Shown here: in pieces, positions 21,001-27,908 of the stretch
How positions within the stretch are numbered: position 1 is the first letter of the stretch
Layout of the letters: every line of letters starts with the position of its first letter
Assembly (NCBI GenBank): GCA_016872175.1
Contig: VHBA01000006.1
Span: 5,042-69,041 of the forward strand
DNA: 64,000 nucleotides
From: Sphingomonadales bacterium
GTDB taxonomy: Bacteria > Bacteroidota > Bacteroidia > NS11-12g > UBA955
Direction of reading: 5' to 3'
Translations under genes and position numbers: made by a program
Notes under the pieces: generated by a model
Told to the model about the DNA's origin: nothing
Database searches by the model: none
The model's input: the letters and a program-made list of their open reading frames with translations, nothing else

Positions 21001-22373
21001 CCGCAGTTGCACCTTCAAATGCTTATGCCAAACAGGGGTTGTATACAGTTAGGCTGAAAGCCACCTCCGACAAGGGTTGTGTAGATAGCGTAAAAAATAC
21101 AATAACAGTGTTTGCGCCTGCATGGCCGGTCTTTGCAGTTAATAATTTGTGTTTGCGACAAAGCCTTGTCAGCACGGCTACCCACCGCGGTGCCGGAATA
21201 CCCGTCATTTACCGCTGGTATCTTGGCAATGGCGACAGTCTCAGCGGCTCCGGATTGAACTACACCTACCCTGCACATGGAACATACAACGTTCGCTTGC
21301 GCATGGTAACTGACAAGGGCTGCATGCGTGATTCAGTTGCCGTGGTAACCGTGCATCCGCTTCCTCAGGTTGCATTTACGGCAGTGAATCCCTGTAAGGA
21401 TGATAGTTTGGTGTTCACTGCCCAATCAGGTATCGCACTGGGCAGTGCTGGCCTGCCACAATGGTCATTCAGCAGCGGACAAACCGCCACAGGAAGCCCC
21501 ATACGACGCATTTTTAGTGTACCCGGTAGTTTTACCGCCAAGCTGAAACACACATCCGATAAAGGTTGTATGGATTCTCTTTCATTGCCTTATACCGTGG
21601 GAGAAAAGGTTATTGTTAAATATACCGTAAATGATGTTTGTTTGGAAGAAACAACACAGTTTACAGATTCTTCATACAGTGTTCAGCCAATAAACATCTG
21701 GAACTGGGACTTTGGCAACGGTGTTAAATCAACCAAAAACAATCCGGGCTTTACCTACAAAATGCCCAGGAAATACAATACCCGTCTGCAGATTAGTACC
21801 CTGCCGGGTTGTAATTATTCGGTGGGCAAAACAGCAACCGTTCACCCAAAACCACAGGCATTTTTCACCCATAATCCGGATCAGGGAACGATTGTAAATC
21901 CAAACATCACTTTCACCGATAAAAGTGTGGGTGCAGATGATGTGCGGTATGTATTCAGCACGGGATATAGCACCGGCAACCGCAACTTTACTCATTCTCT
22001 GCCTGACAGTGGCATATTCTCGATAACACAATATGTTTCCACCCAGTTTGGATGTAAAGACTCATTTACCAAACAGATAGTTATTAATTACATGTACACC
22101 CAGCATGTGCCTACCGCTTTCACACCCGATGGCAATAACCTGAATGAAGGATTTTCGCCCTTGGGTATGGGAATTAACTGGTATAGTATGAAAATTTACA
22201 CGCGCTGGGGCGAGAAAATATATGAAACCCAGGACAGCAAACCCTGGAATGGCACATACAATGGCGAGCCGGTTCCCGAAGGGGTTTACGTAGTTCTGAT
22301 AGAAATAAAAGATTACAAGCGTAAAAACCACTATTACAAGGGCACGGTGCAGATTCTCCGCAAAACGGAGTAA
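15090..22373 (+). CDS. giant (2427 aa) cell-surface adhesin-like protein with about 8 PKD-like domains and a T9SS type-B C-terminal sorting domain
   Basis: Signal peptide MHKYASRILVFLVAFCFAEALSAQG. Repeated W-x-F/L-G-D/N-G ... GC-x-D modules from about nt 20140 to 22080 (e.g. WDFGDGKTSTVKNPVHRY, WQFGDGNISAAVAPSNAY). C-terminus VPTAFTPDGNNLNEGF...IYTRWGEKIYE...WNGTYNGEPVPEGVYVVLIEI matches the gliding-motility-associated CTD. Confidence 0.85.
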   Translation: MHKYASRILVFLVAFCFAEALSAQGNKLSIVGSAPKNMTICGLTDTARVTVLNISSSAVNGNLVTLSMPTGMRYVPGSATGTGVAESNITNLNRPIFSAPNLAIGKNFTFRYRVRANCDMIPVVSGPSNPSISIRVDYTGNFDAALSLPFTSAVPSLGYNIITNQTFIGNVGDKFVRRVTLTNFGKGPLLNLRLVRVKGKDLTLRSEGGFSHRYNLDSVITTITKTDIQKVGNKDTFLDQNESIAFSDTFTITGCISLITSYDLTWGCDGKFCQVVKNTATTAISTASPNLQVVISSSVQPVYNNTTASKFTMRIANIGQMTAMASDALIFQTLSPGVGFYNYVMSRIDSTSIRLQKGWNGFTNRAYTDTFLSNAITPCWSTGSMGGFRLRLGNMQPKDTVYITWDVYRCVNTNCNTSTYELGWGYRASYRNQCNNTLSTGNQWTVGYTYSGGVVAPYTPADLQQNEVKPFRYSFSGMGNLPLHSSAAIRIDLVLPNTLTHSLTKTDFYIDNPNLTAIWYPDSLKMVKDTLRAFMGRSMVFWLTNSELTVRLKGVCSTGSNNSNLPLTLIYAYNPNTSAHPNLWIKPICNTVNVKVHCSNICNRGGMLFRNFELYRSNYGRPDNDNNGLPDVSGSIDKLKIRTERIMFGDTLTTIFRGRPRNASGITSWRYGYAESVVTNGDYITVVDAKLEVHKGITKVSGNCGAVKWRKVSSGTNATFYFDFTVDSIWRGGCLTSIYRYTQNDSVTLTVRYKVDKNRGQTAQPMNFSNRFYLASAANPTLSQSYQCDTFSGNCILNGYIFHNWGSDYITYASCNEVAVAQNFYFGIGNCCNYGGGNIFPFEYRSWGRPIAMKLTMSSGLKLGRSSFIQYRTAGTNNTVTERKDTIPFRKGSTYWFDFTKYYKDSGGTVNFSDDGFHGTFWYTVYPTCDLIPYVAYPIQYDYVYEKRGALGKGYDTVRSQSMRTPDFFTFAPPKFTLQTALPIVYGTKDTVEWEVRYTNPSTTFTANTIWLSPAKNSNIRVVQIRDWVKDTIIKPVNDIYRAGSLPAGQTRRFKVRAVFSNCTPDSLLLFGGWNCQTYPTDFTSNTCVPVATKLYLEPLNTRLNLTLTDSLSKFDLCYPNRMTLVIDNVQSVTAHQLKVRIALPIGMDIISGNNFIRYPHKSAAVKLSNPTLLAGTTWEWDLAKLMSGLSAGFPGTIDTNKNKIIITFRVKTNCDYASGSFISARASSNIRCGDPVPANTSYTNPLEIKGVVKTLYTQVKNWTDSILPCEKPAISKIRVIVLGPREMDSNDRVEVILPSGISRDTSYFKAVRNAPNKDSVKVSNFNGATLLSWPATRKLQPGDSLEFDIRLLSNGAQLNCGTADILSRTVVSQNVECVPENRICNIKIVTGSVLTAPAVDKGNLQFTGISISAARLLNSDTEQVVVKFGIKNLGKYTSSATPIVVRYHYDNDGNGKWSTGDLRLGADTIRKTLKKDSLLTVSRTLKIRAGQSCAILAVIDSAACACKFGQTIFPAAYYPNAGRDTSFCSGSPWRLGTLTSKWYKYSWDRIDLLDSFQIGNPVYKPINTGNNPDTLFFMLTTNRGVCSSKDTVRLIVQSLPTVVFSNKSINICEGASSALSNSVNGGFSPYKCRWTPATGLSDTTAPIPVAKPKTDTRYTLRITDKLGCVQSDTMRISVNPKPVASFFWPVTCDGRPVVVSDSSRILRDTIVSRLWSATGFDTFGLKVLNFNMNGLSRLPLTLMVYSNKGCGDTLTRTLDVKAIPKVAFSIPYVCNGDSSRFANQTTLDSGVITAWGWDFGDGKTSTVKNPVHRYVDTGIRTVMLAAQSNNGCADTIRKTSRVFPVPSAAFTFINVCSGDSFAFADASKLFGDTLKTRNWNLGTMGTATDSSFKRMVKTWGKYPVSLRIETIHGCKNAASDTARVYPLPIPSFTADSVCEGLTTKFINTAKIPQGSIATYNWQFGDGNISAAVAPSNAYAKQGLYTVRLKATSDKGCVDSVKNTITVFAPAWPVFAVNNLCLRQSLVSTATHRGAGIPVIYRWYLGNGDSLSGSGLNYTYPAHGTYNVRLRMVTDKGCMRDSVAVVTVHPLPQVAFTAVNPCKDDSLVFTAQSGIALGSAGLPQWSFSSGQTATGSPIRRIFSVPGSFTAKLKHTSDKGCMDSLSLPYTVGEKVIVKYTVNDVCLEETTQFTDSSYSVQPINIWNWDFGNGVKSTKNNPGFTYKMPRKYNTRLQISTLPGCNYSVGKTATVHPKPQAFFTHNPDQGTIVNPNITFTDKSVGADDVRYVFSTGYSTGNRNFTHSLPDSGIFSITQYVSTQFGCKDSFTKQIVINYMYTQHVPTAFTPDGNNLNEGFSPLGMGINWYSMKIYTRWGEKIYETQDSKPWNGTYNGEPVPEGVYVVLIEIKDYKRKNHYYKGTVQILRKTE

Positions 22374-22378
22374 GCACG

Positions 22379-22951
22379 TTACAGCACAAACTGCTGCAAC
22401 TCGCGGTAAAACCTTGACATCGGGAAGCCCATTACATTGTAAAAGCAACCATTGATGCGCTTTACGCCCATATATCCCATCCAATCCTGAACCCCGTAAG
22501 CACCTGCTTTGTCGAAGGGTTTAAAATGCTCGATATAGTAGTCAATTTCAGCAGATGTTAAGGGATAAAATTCCACTTCACTGCGTTCGTGAAACACCTG
22601 CTGTCGCTCTTGGTTGCGCATGCACACACCCGTAAAAACCTCATGGGTTCTGCCACTTAGCGATGCCAGCATTTCGGCGGCTTCTTCCTTGGTTGCGGGC
22701 TTGTTGATGACCTTGTTGCCCAGGCAAACAATGGTATCGGCCGTTACCAGTATTTTTTCATGTAATGGTTCCGTAAAATGTGTGGCTTTGTGAGACGCCA
22801 GAAATTCACATACCTGTTCGCGCTGCAGGTAATCGGGAAAATCTTCCTCGGCTTCGATATTCACCACCTCAAAGTGCAGTCCCGCTTCGCGAAAAATCTG
22901 ATGACGTCGCGGACTTTTTGAAGCCAGCAGCAGGGTGGGGAACTGAATCAT
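22379..22951 (-). CDS. maf: Maf family nucleoside-triphosphate pyrophosphatase
   Basis: LLLASKSPRRHQIF..., ADTIV, KAGAYGVQD motifs. Start trimmed to MIQFPT. Confidence 0.85.
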   Translation of the reverse strand: MIQFPTLLLASKSPRRHQIFREAGLHFEVVNIEAEEDFPDYLQREQVCEFLASHKATHFTEPLHEKILVTADTIVCLGNKVINKPATKEEAAEMLASLSGRTHEVFTGVCMRNQERQQVFHERSEVEFYPLTSAEIDYYIEHFKPFDKAGAYGVQDWMGYMGVKRINGCFYNVMGFPMSRFYRELQQFVL

Positions 22952-23019
22952 GCCGCAAAGGTATTGCAAGTGCAGGAAAGTAGAAGTTAGCAGCCAAAGG
23001 GTTATTTTTGCAGCCACTT

Positions 23020-23910
23020 ATGAAGCAAATTGCAGTAATCGGCGGCGGTACCATGGGAAATGGCATCGTGCATGTGTTCGCTCAAAACGACTATCAGGTT
23101 TCTTTGATTGACGTAAAACCCGAAATACTTGAAAAGGCCCTGGCCACCATCACCAAAAACCTCGACAGGCAGATTGCCAAGGGTGCTATTGATGAAGATA
23201 AAAAAACAGCTACCCTGGCCAATATCAAAACCTTTACCAACATCGCCGATGGGGTGGAAGGTGCCGGTTTGGTGGTGGAAGCGGCCACCGAAAACATTGA
23301 GATTAAGTTGAATATTTTCCGGCAGCTGGACAGTTTTGCCAAACCCGGATGCATACTTGCTTCTAACACTTCATCCATCAGCATTACCAAAATTGGTTCG
23401 GTTACAAACCGCCCTGAAAAGGTAATAGGCATGCACTTTATGAACCCCGTGCCTGTAATGAAGCTTGTGGAAATTATCGGTGGCTACAAAACAGATAAAG
23501 AAACCCTGGAAAGCATAACAGAGCTTACAAAAGCCATTGGCAAGGTGCCCGCAGTTACGCAGGATTATCCCGGATTTATTTCCAACCGCGTGCTGATTCC
23601 CATGATCAATGAAGCCATCCTTTCACTGGAAGAGGGCATAGCCGGTGTAGCGGATATCGACACCATCATGAAATTGGGTATGGCCCATCCCATGGGGCCG
23701 CTTCAACTGGCCGATTTTATCGGTCTGGATGTTTGTCTGGCTATTCTGCACGTATTGCACGACGGATTTAAAAATCCAAAATATGCACCCTCCAATTTGC
23801 TGGTGAACATGGTAACTGCGGGTGATCTCGGTGTTAAATCAGGACGTGGATTTTACGATTATTCCCACGGCACCAAAGACCTGGTGGTTTCTCCGAAATT
23901 CAGCAAATAA
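23020..23910 (+). CDS. hbd: 3-hydroxyacyl/3-hydroxybutyryl-CoA dehydrogenase
   Basis: MKQIAVIGGGTMGNGIVHVFAQ Rossmann N-terminus, SNTSSISIT, HFMNPVPVMKLVEII and PGFISNRVL motifs. Confidence 0.9.
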   Translation: MKQIAVIGGGTMGNGIVHVFAQNDYQVSLIDVKPEILEKALATITKNLDRQIAKGAIDEDKKTATLANIKTFTNIADGVEGAGLVVEAATENIEIKLNIFRQLDSFAKPGCILASNTSSISITKIGSVTNRPEKVIGMHFMNPVPVMKLVEIIGGYKTDKETLESITELTKAIGKVPAVTQDYPGFISNRVLIPMINEAILSLEEGIAGVADIDTIMKLGMAHPMGPLQLADFIGLDVCLAILHVLHDGFKNPKYAPSNLLVNMVTAGDLGVKSGRGFYDYSHGTKDLVVSPKFSK

Positions 23911-24040
23911 TATCGGGTATTTTTTAGGATAACTGACTTTAAAGTCCTTTGTAGCAAGAGCTTTCGTCGTATTTCCTTGACTTTCCTTTCATATTATAGT
24001 ACATTCGCGTTTTAATCAATCACGGGCGCACTGCAACCGC

Positions 24041-25087
24041 ATGAAATTAAGTCAATTTAAATTCGAACTACCTGAAGAGCTGATAGCCCAGGAACCCCTT
24101 AAAACCCGTCACGAAAGCCGCCTGCTGGTGGTAAATCGCAAGGGAAAAACCATTGAGCACAAAATGTTTCATGATGTGCTGGATCTTTTTGACGAAGATG
24201 ACACGTTTGTAGTTAACAATACCAAGGTTTTCACCGCCCGTATGTACGGCCAAAAAGAGAAAACCGGTGCCCAGATTGAAGTGTTTTTGCTACGCGAACT
24301 CAACCACAATTTCCGTTTGTGGGACGTGCTGGTAGATCCGGCCCGTAAGATTAGAGTAGGCAACAAACTGTATTTTGGTGATGATGACCTGGTGGCTGAA
24401 GTGGTTGATAACACTACATCGCGCGGCCGCACCATTCGTTTCTTGTTTGACGGAGATGACGAGGCATTCAATCGCATAATCAAAAAATTGGGTGAAACCC
24501 CCATCCCCAAATACATTACACGTCCTGTAAAGCCCGAAGATGAACTTTGGTACCAGAGCCAGTTTGCCAAGCACGTTGGGGCTGTGGCTGCGCCTGCTGC
24601 GCAATTGCACCTTACCCGTGAGTTGCTTATGCGTCTGGACATCAAGGGAATCAGGTTTGCCGAAATTACTCTGCACCTGGGTTTGGGCGCATTCCGCGAA
24701 GTTGAGGTAGAAGACCTCACCAAGCATAAGATGGATAGCGAGTTTTACAGCATAGACCAAACGGCTTGTGATATTGTGAACGAGTCCATTGAAAAACGCA
24801 AGCGTGTGGTTGCTGTGGGTGGCTCGGTGATGCGCGCCATGGAAAGCAGCGTTAGCTCAACCAAAACCCTGAATCCCGGCGCGGGCTGGTCGGATAAGTT
24901 CATTTTTCCGCCCCACGATTTCAGTGTGGCCAATGCGTTCATTACCAACCTGCATCAGCCCGAGAGCCCCTTGTATATGATGGCCTGTGCCTACACCAGC
25001 CATGAATTCATGACCCATGTGTACCAGGAAGCCATGAAGGAAAAGTACCGTTTTCTTTGCTATGGCGACGCCATGCTGATTATGTAA
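24041..25087 (+). CDS. queA: S-adenosylmethionine:tRNA ribosyltransferase-isomerase
   Basis: [28 protein letters not shown]-terminus and overall QueA pattern. 348 aa. Confidence 0.93.
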   Translation: MKLSQFKFELPEELIAQEPLKTRHESRLLVVNRKGKTIEHKMFHDVLDLFDEDDTFVVNNTKVFTARMYGQKEKTGAQIEVFLLRELNHNFRLWDVLVDPARKIRVGNKLYFGDDDLVAEVVDNTTSRGRTIRFLFDGDDEAFNRIIKKLGETPIPKYITRPVKPEDELWYQSQFAKHVGAVAAPAAQLHLTRELLMRLDIKGIRFAEITLHLGLGAFREVEVEDLTKHKMDSEFYSIDQTACDIVNESIEKRKRVVAVGGSVMRAMESSVSSTKTLNPGAGWSDKFIFPPHDFSVANAFITNLHQPESPLYMMACAYTSHEFMTHVYQEAMKEKYRFLCYGDAMLIM

Positions 25088-25237
25088 GTCATGCTTCGGC
25101 AGGCTCAGCATGCCAGCCCTTGTTGCCCGGCAATACTCTAATCGCCCTGCATATACGCAGTTAAAAATCTACTGCATAGCTGTAAAGCGAATCGAAATTA
25201 ACAATATCTTCATTTTTTCATTAACAATTAAATCCTC

Positions 25238-25269
25238 CTTGACTTTCGTCAAAAATTGTTGTATATTTG
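25238..25269 (+). promoter_or_regulatory. putative ssrA promoter (cTTG-N20-TATATTTG)
   Basis: TATATTTG at 25262-25269 fits TAnnTTTG. It ends 12 nt before the mature tmRNA 5' end (25282). Confidence 0.4.
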
Positions 25270-25281
25270 AGATAGTTCTTT

Positions 25282-25651
25282 GGGGCTGACCGGACTTGAC
25301 AGGATGAATGGGTGCGGTGTAAGCATGTGGTGCTTTGGATGTTGGCACTTGAATCTCAATGTTCAAAACCATAAGAGGCGAAAATAACTACGCCCTCGCT
25401 GCCTAATTCGTTGTAATTAGCATCGCGTGTTGCTCCCGTCGCTTTTGTCTGTGTAACTGACGAAACGGAGCAATCGATGAACACGGATATGGCCACTCAC
25501 ACCGGCCAGGTGAGCCATTAACACGCCGGCTAAGGATGGAGTAGGGTTATTTCTGTACCCGCCTCATCCCGACAACAAACAGAAATAAACATGTAGAAAG
25601 CGCCAGCAGTCGCGTCTCTGGACGAGGGTTCGATTCCCTCCAGCTCCACCA
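25282..25651 (+). ncRNA. ssrA: tmRNA (transfer-messenger RNA)
   Basis: 5' GGGGCTGA acceptor half. Tag reading frame GGC GAA AAT AAC TAC GCC CTC GCT GCC TAA at 25377-25406 (GENNYALAA). 3' tRNA-like end GGACGAGGGTTCGATTCCCTCCAGCTCCACCA. Confidence 0.9.
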
Positions 25652-25717
25652 CCCAACAAACAAAACCCGCGTAAACATTGAGTTTAGCGGGTTCTTTGTT
25701 TTGTTGTTGTCGGTTTT
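25634..25717. repeat. left direct repeat (attL-like): last 18 nt of tmRNA plus terminator
   Basis: 25634-25679 is identical to 31624-31669 (46 bp). Over 84 bp I count 79 matches. A 12-bp tandem duplication GTTGTCGGTTTT x2 at 25706-25729 is present only on this side. Confidence 0.85.
25664..25705 (+). terminator. rho-independent terminator of ssrA
   Basis: AACCCGCGTAAAC / GTTTAGCGGGTT stem (one bulged G), loop ATTGA, followed by a T-rich run. Confidence 0.7.
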
Positions 25718-26122
25718 GTTGTCGGTTTTCTGCGGAAATCAATAACAAAACTTGTATTTATGAGATAGTTCTATTTATTTGCACAGCATGAAAACGACTC
25801 TCACTATTTTCTTATGTTGCATTTTTTATACCTTAAATGGTCAAACTGCACCCGTTTCCAAAACTTCCGATTCAACTTATTCGCACCTCGAAAAATCGGC
25901 TGACTTGAAAATCGCATCGAAGATTACTGCATTTTTAGGAGCTGGATTAACTTAATTAAATATGAAATCAGTCAAAACTAATCCACAGATATCATATCTG
26001 CCTTTCAGCACTTATTTATGTGGAGCGGTTGCAGTGGTGTTTGATATAGCCTCACTGGTAGAGTTCAAAAAGGCCGGAAAGTCAGAATCTAATAAGAGAA
26101 AAAAACAATAAAAACATGGGGG

Positions 26123-26488
26123 TTACCCCAAATCCATTGTCAGCAAAATGTGTTTTGCCTCAATACTTACCTCCTGTGTGACACGTGGCAACCCGATTGC
26201 ACGATTCAACAAACTTTCTATTGCGTATAAACTACCTTTTTTTGCTCCATTTAACAATGCGCGGGCAATGGTGAGTTCAAGTATTGTGGCCGTGCCTGTA
26301 TTAACAATGTCGCTCAATTCGGTTTCGTCCAGTGTCAGCATTACCAGTATTATGTCATTCACTTGCGATTGTGTGTAACCTTGTTTTTTTAATGAGGTGA
26401 TAAACTTTTGAGGCCTCCCGGCGGGATTAGGTGAAACCATACCGCGTTGCCACGGGGTTAAATGGTCAGTTTTGGGATTTATATTCAT
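26123..26488 (-). CDS. phage/mobile-element-related small protein (terminase-small-subunit-like or DUF5681-like)
   Basis: SPNPAGRPQKF motif followed by a helical region (ILELTIARALLNGAKKGSLYAIESLLNRAIG), resembling phage small-terminase/HTH proteins from memory. Start set at MNINPK. Weak call. Confidence 0.35.
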   Translation of the reverse strand: MNINPKTDHLTPWQRGMVSPNPAGRPQKFITSLKKQGYTQSQVNDIILVMLTLDETELSDIVNTGTATILELTIARALLNGAKKGSLYAIESLLNRAIGLPRVTQEVSIEAKHILLTMDLG

Positions 26489-26505
26489 TTGTTTAAGTTT
26501 GTGGT

Positions 26506-27183
26506 ATGAAAAGAATAATTCTGATATTATTGTTGGTAAAGTCACAAATTGTTGTTTCTCAAACATCTCATATTTCACAAGATTCTATTAACATCTATTT
26601 CCAAAATATTGTCAATGAGTATAGAATGAATAATCACCTAAGTGGTTTATCTATCGATACAACATTAAGTTCTTTTACAAAGAATTGGTCGGAGTATATG
26701 TTCAAACAAAATTATTGTGGACATGGTGTTGGTGATGAATCATTTCAAAATCGAGCAATAAATTTTGCACCAACATGAGAACTTCACTGTGTTGAAAATG
26801 CGGCAGGTCCATGGGATTTTACCAAAGATTTACCTTATGATGTTGAAGACCCAAGTTACTTGTATTATACAAAAATTGGTTTGGATGGTTTTGATTATCA
26901 ATATAAATTGACCAATACAGAAATACAAACTTTAATAAATGTTGAAAATAAAATAGGTGAAGGTGTAAACATTAACCAAAATATCGCTGTGTTCATTTTT
27001 TATTTATGGAAAAACTCACCATCACACAATGAAGGGTTGTTGGATTATCACACAACTAAATTCTATGTTTCCATAACTTATGTGGGTACAAAAATAACCG
27101 CGTCATATTTGGCAACAAGTTCACCAAAACCTATTACTAAAAAAAGACATGGATGGTTAAGTAAATTCAGCCCTGTTAAATGA
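26506..27183 (+). pseudogene. CAP/SCP (PR-1-like) domain secreted protein interrupted by one in-frame TGA
   Basis: ORFs 26506-26778 and 26860-27183 are in the same frame (offset 354 nt). The only stop between them is TGA at 26776-26778. The N-part has IVNEYRMNNHLSGLSID...; the C-part has WKNSPSHNEGLLDY..., the CAP-domain hallmark. Confidence 0.6.
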
Positions 27184-27899
27184 GTGTTTTTGTTGATAAT
27201 GAGTTTGTATATGGTGTTACGACAAATGTTGTAGCAAGGTATACATTCTGTGAATTTGCTTTTCTGCAATCAAGTTTACATGAATACTGGGCTTGGAAAT
27301 ATGGTTCAACAATGCGATTTGCAATTCGATATACAAATGGAGATTGTATTGATACCTTTCCAATTTTAGAAAATCTAACGTCACAACAAGAGCAGCAATT
27401 AGAATCCATTGGCGAAGCCTACCACGAACACCGCAGGCAACTCATGTTGGGTATGCAATTAGGGCTTACGAAAACCTATAATTTGTTTCACAGCAATGCC
27501 ATCACGGCACAAGCTGTAAATGAGAAAGACAATCAAGTAGCCGCCCGGCGAAAGCACTTAGAAAAGACGCCCAATACCATTTCATTCAACGAAGCCATTC
27601 AAGGTATCCTCAAACTCCGTGAGCTGCATGTGCAAATGGATGAGGCGGTGTTAGATGCTTATGGATGGAATGATATAGCCCTCCGTCATGATTTCTACGA
27701 AGTAGATTATTTGCCGGAGAATGATCGTATTCGTTTCACCATCCATTCGGATGCCAGAAAAGAGGTGTTGAAGCGGTTGTTGGATTTGAATCAGAAAATA
27801 CATGAGGAGGAAATGGCCGCAGGTTTATGGAATAAAAAACCTTCTGCTAAACCCAAAAAATCTAAAGATACCAATCCCGACCAAACCCAACTTTTATAA
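27180..27899 (+). pseudogene. C-terminal fragment of an MmeI/Eco57I-like type IIG/IIL restriction-modification methyltransferase
   Basis: FLQSSLHEYWAWKYGSTMRFAIRYTNGDCIDTFPI, LTKTYNLFH and LHVQMDEAVLDAYGW resemble the TRD/C-terminal region of about 900-1200 aa MmeI-family enzymes. No methyltransferase or helicase-like part lies upstream. The ATG overlaps the CAP gene stop (ATGA). Confidence 0.5.
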
Positions 27900-27908
27900 A
27901 GGAATACA

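Noticed and set aside
25169-25748. Minus-strand ORFs 25169-25372 and 25530-25748
   Set aside because: They overlap the tmRNA gene and its promoter and terminator. The tmRNA call explains this sequence.
26776-26778. In-frame TGA in the CAP-domain gene as selenocysteine or genetic-code recoding (tempting because selD is in the window)
   Set aside because: TGA is used as an ordinary stop by many well-supported genes here (e.g. 1903-2598, 12676-12678, 63566-63568). I saw no SECIS-like hairpin just downstream. A Cys/Sec at this CAP-domain position has no precedent I know of. A nonsense mutation in a decaying island is the simpler reading.
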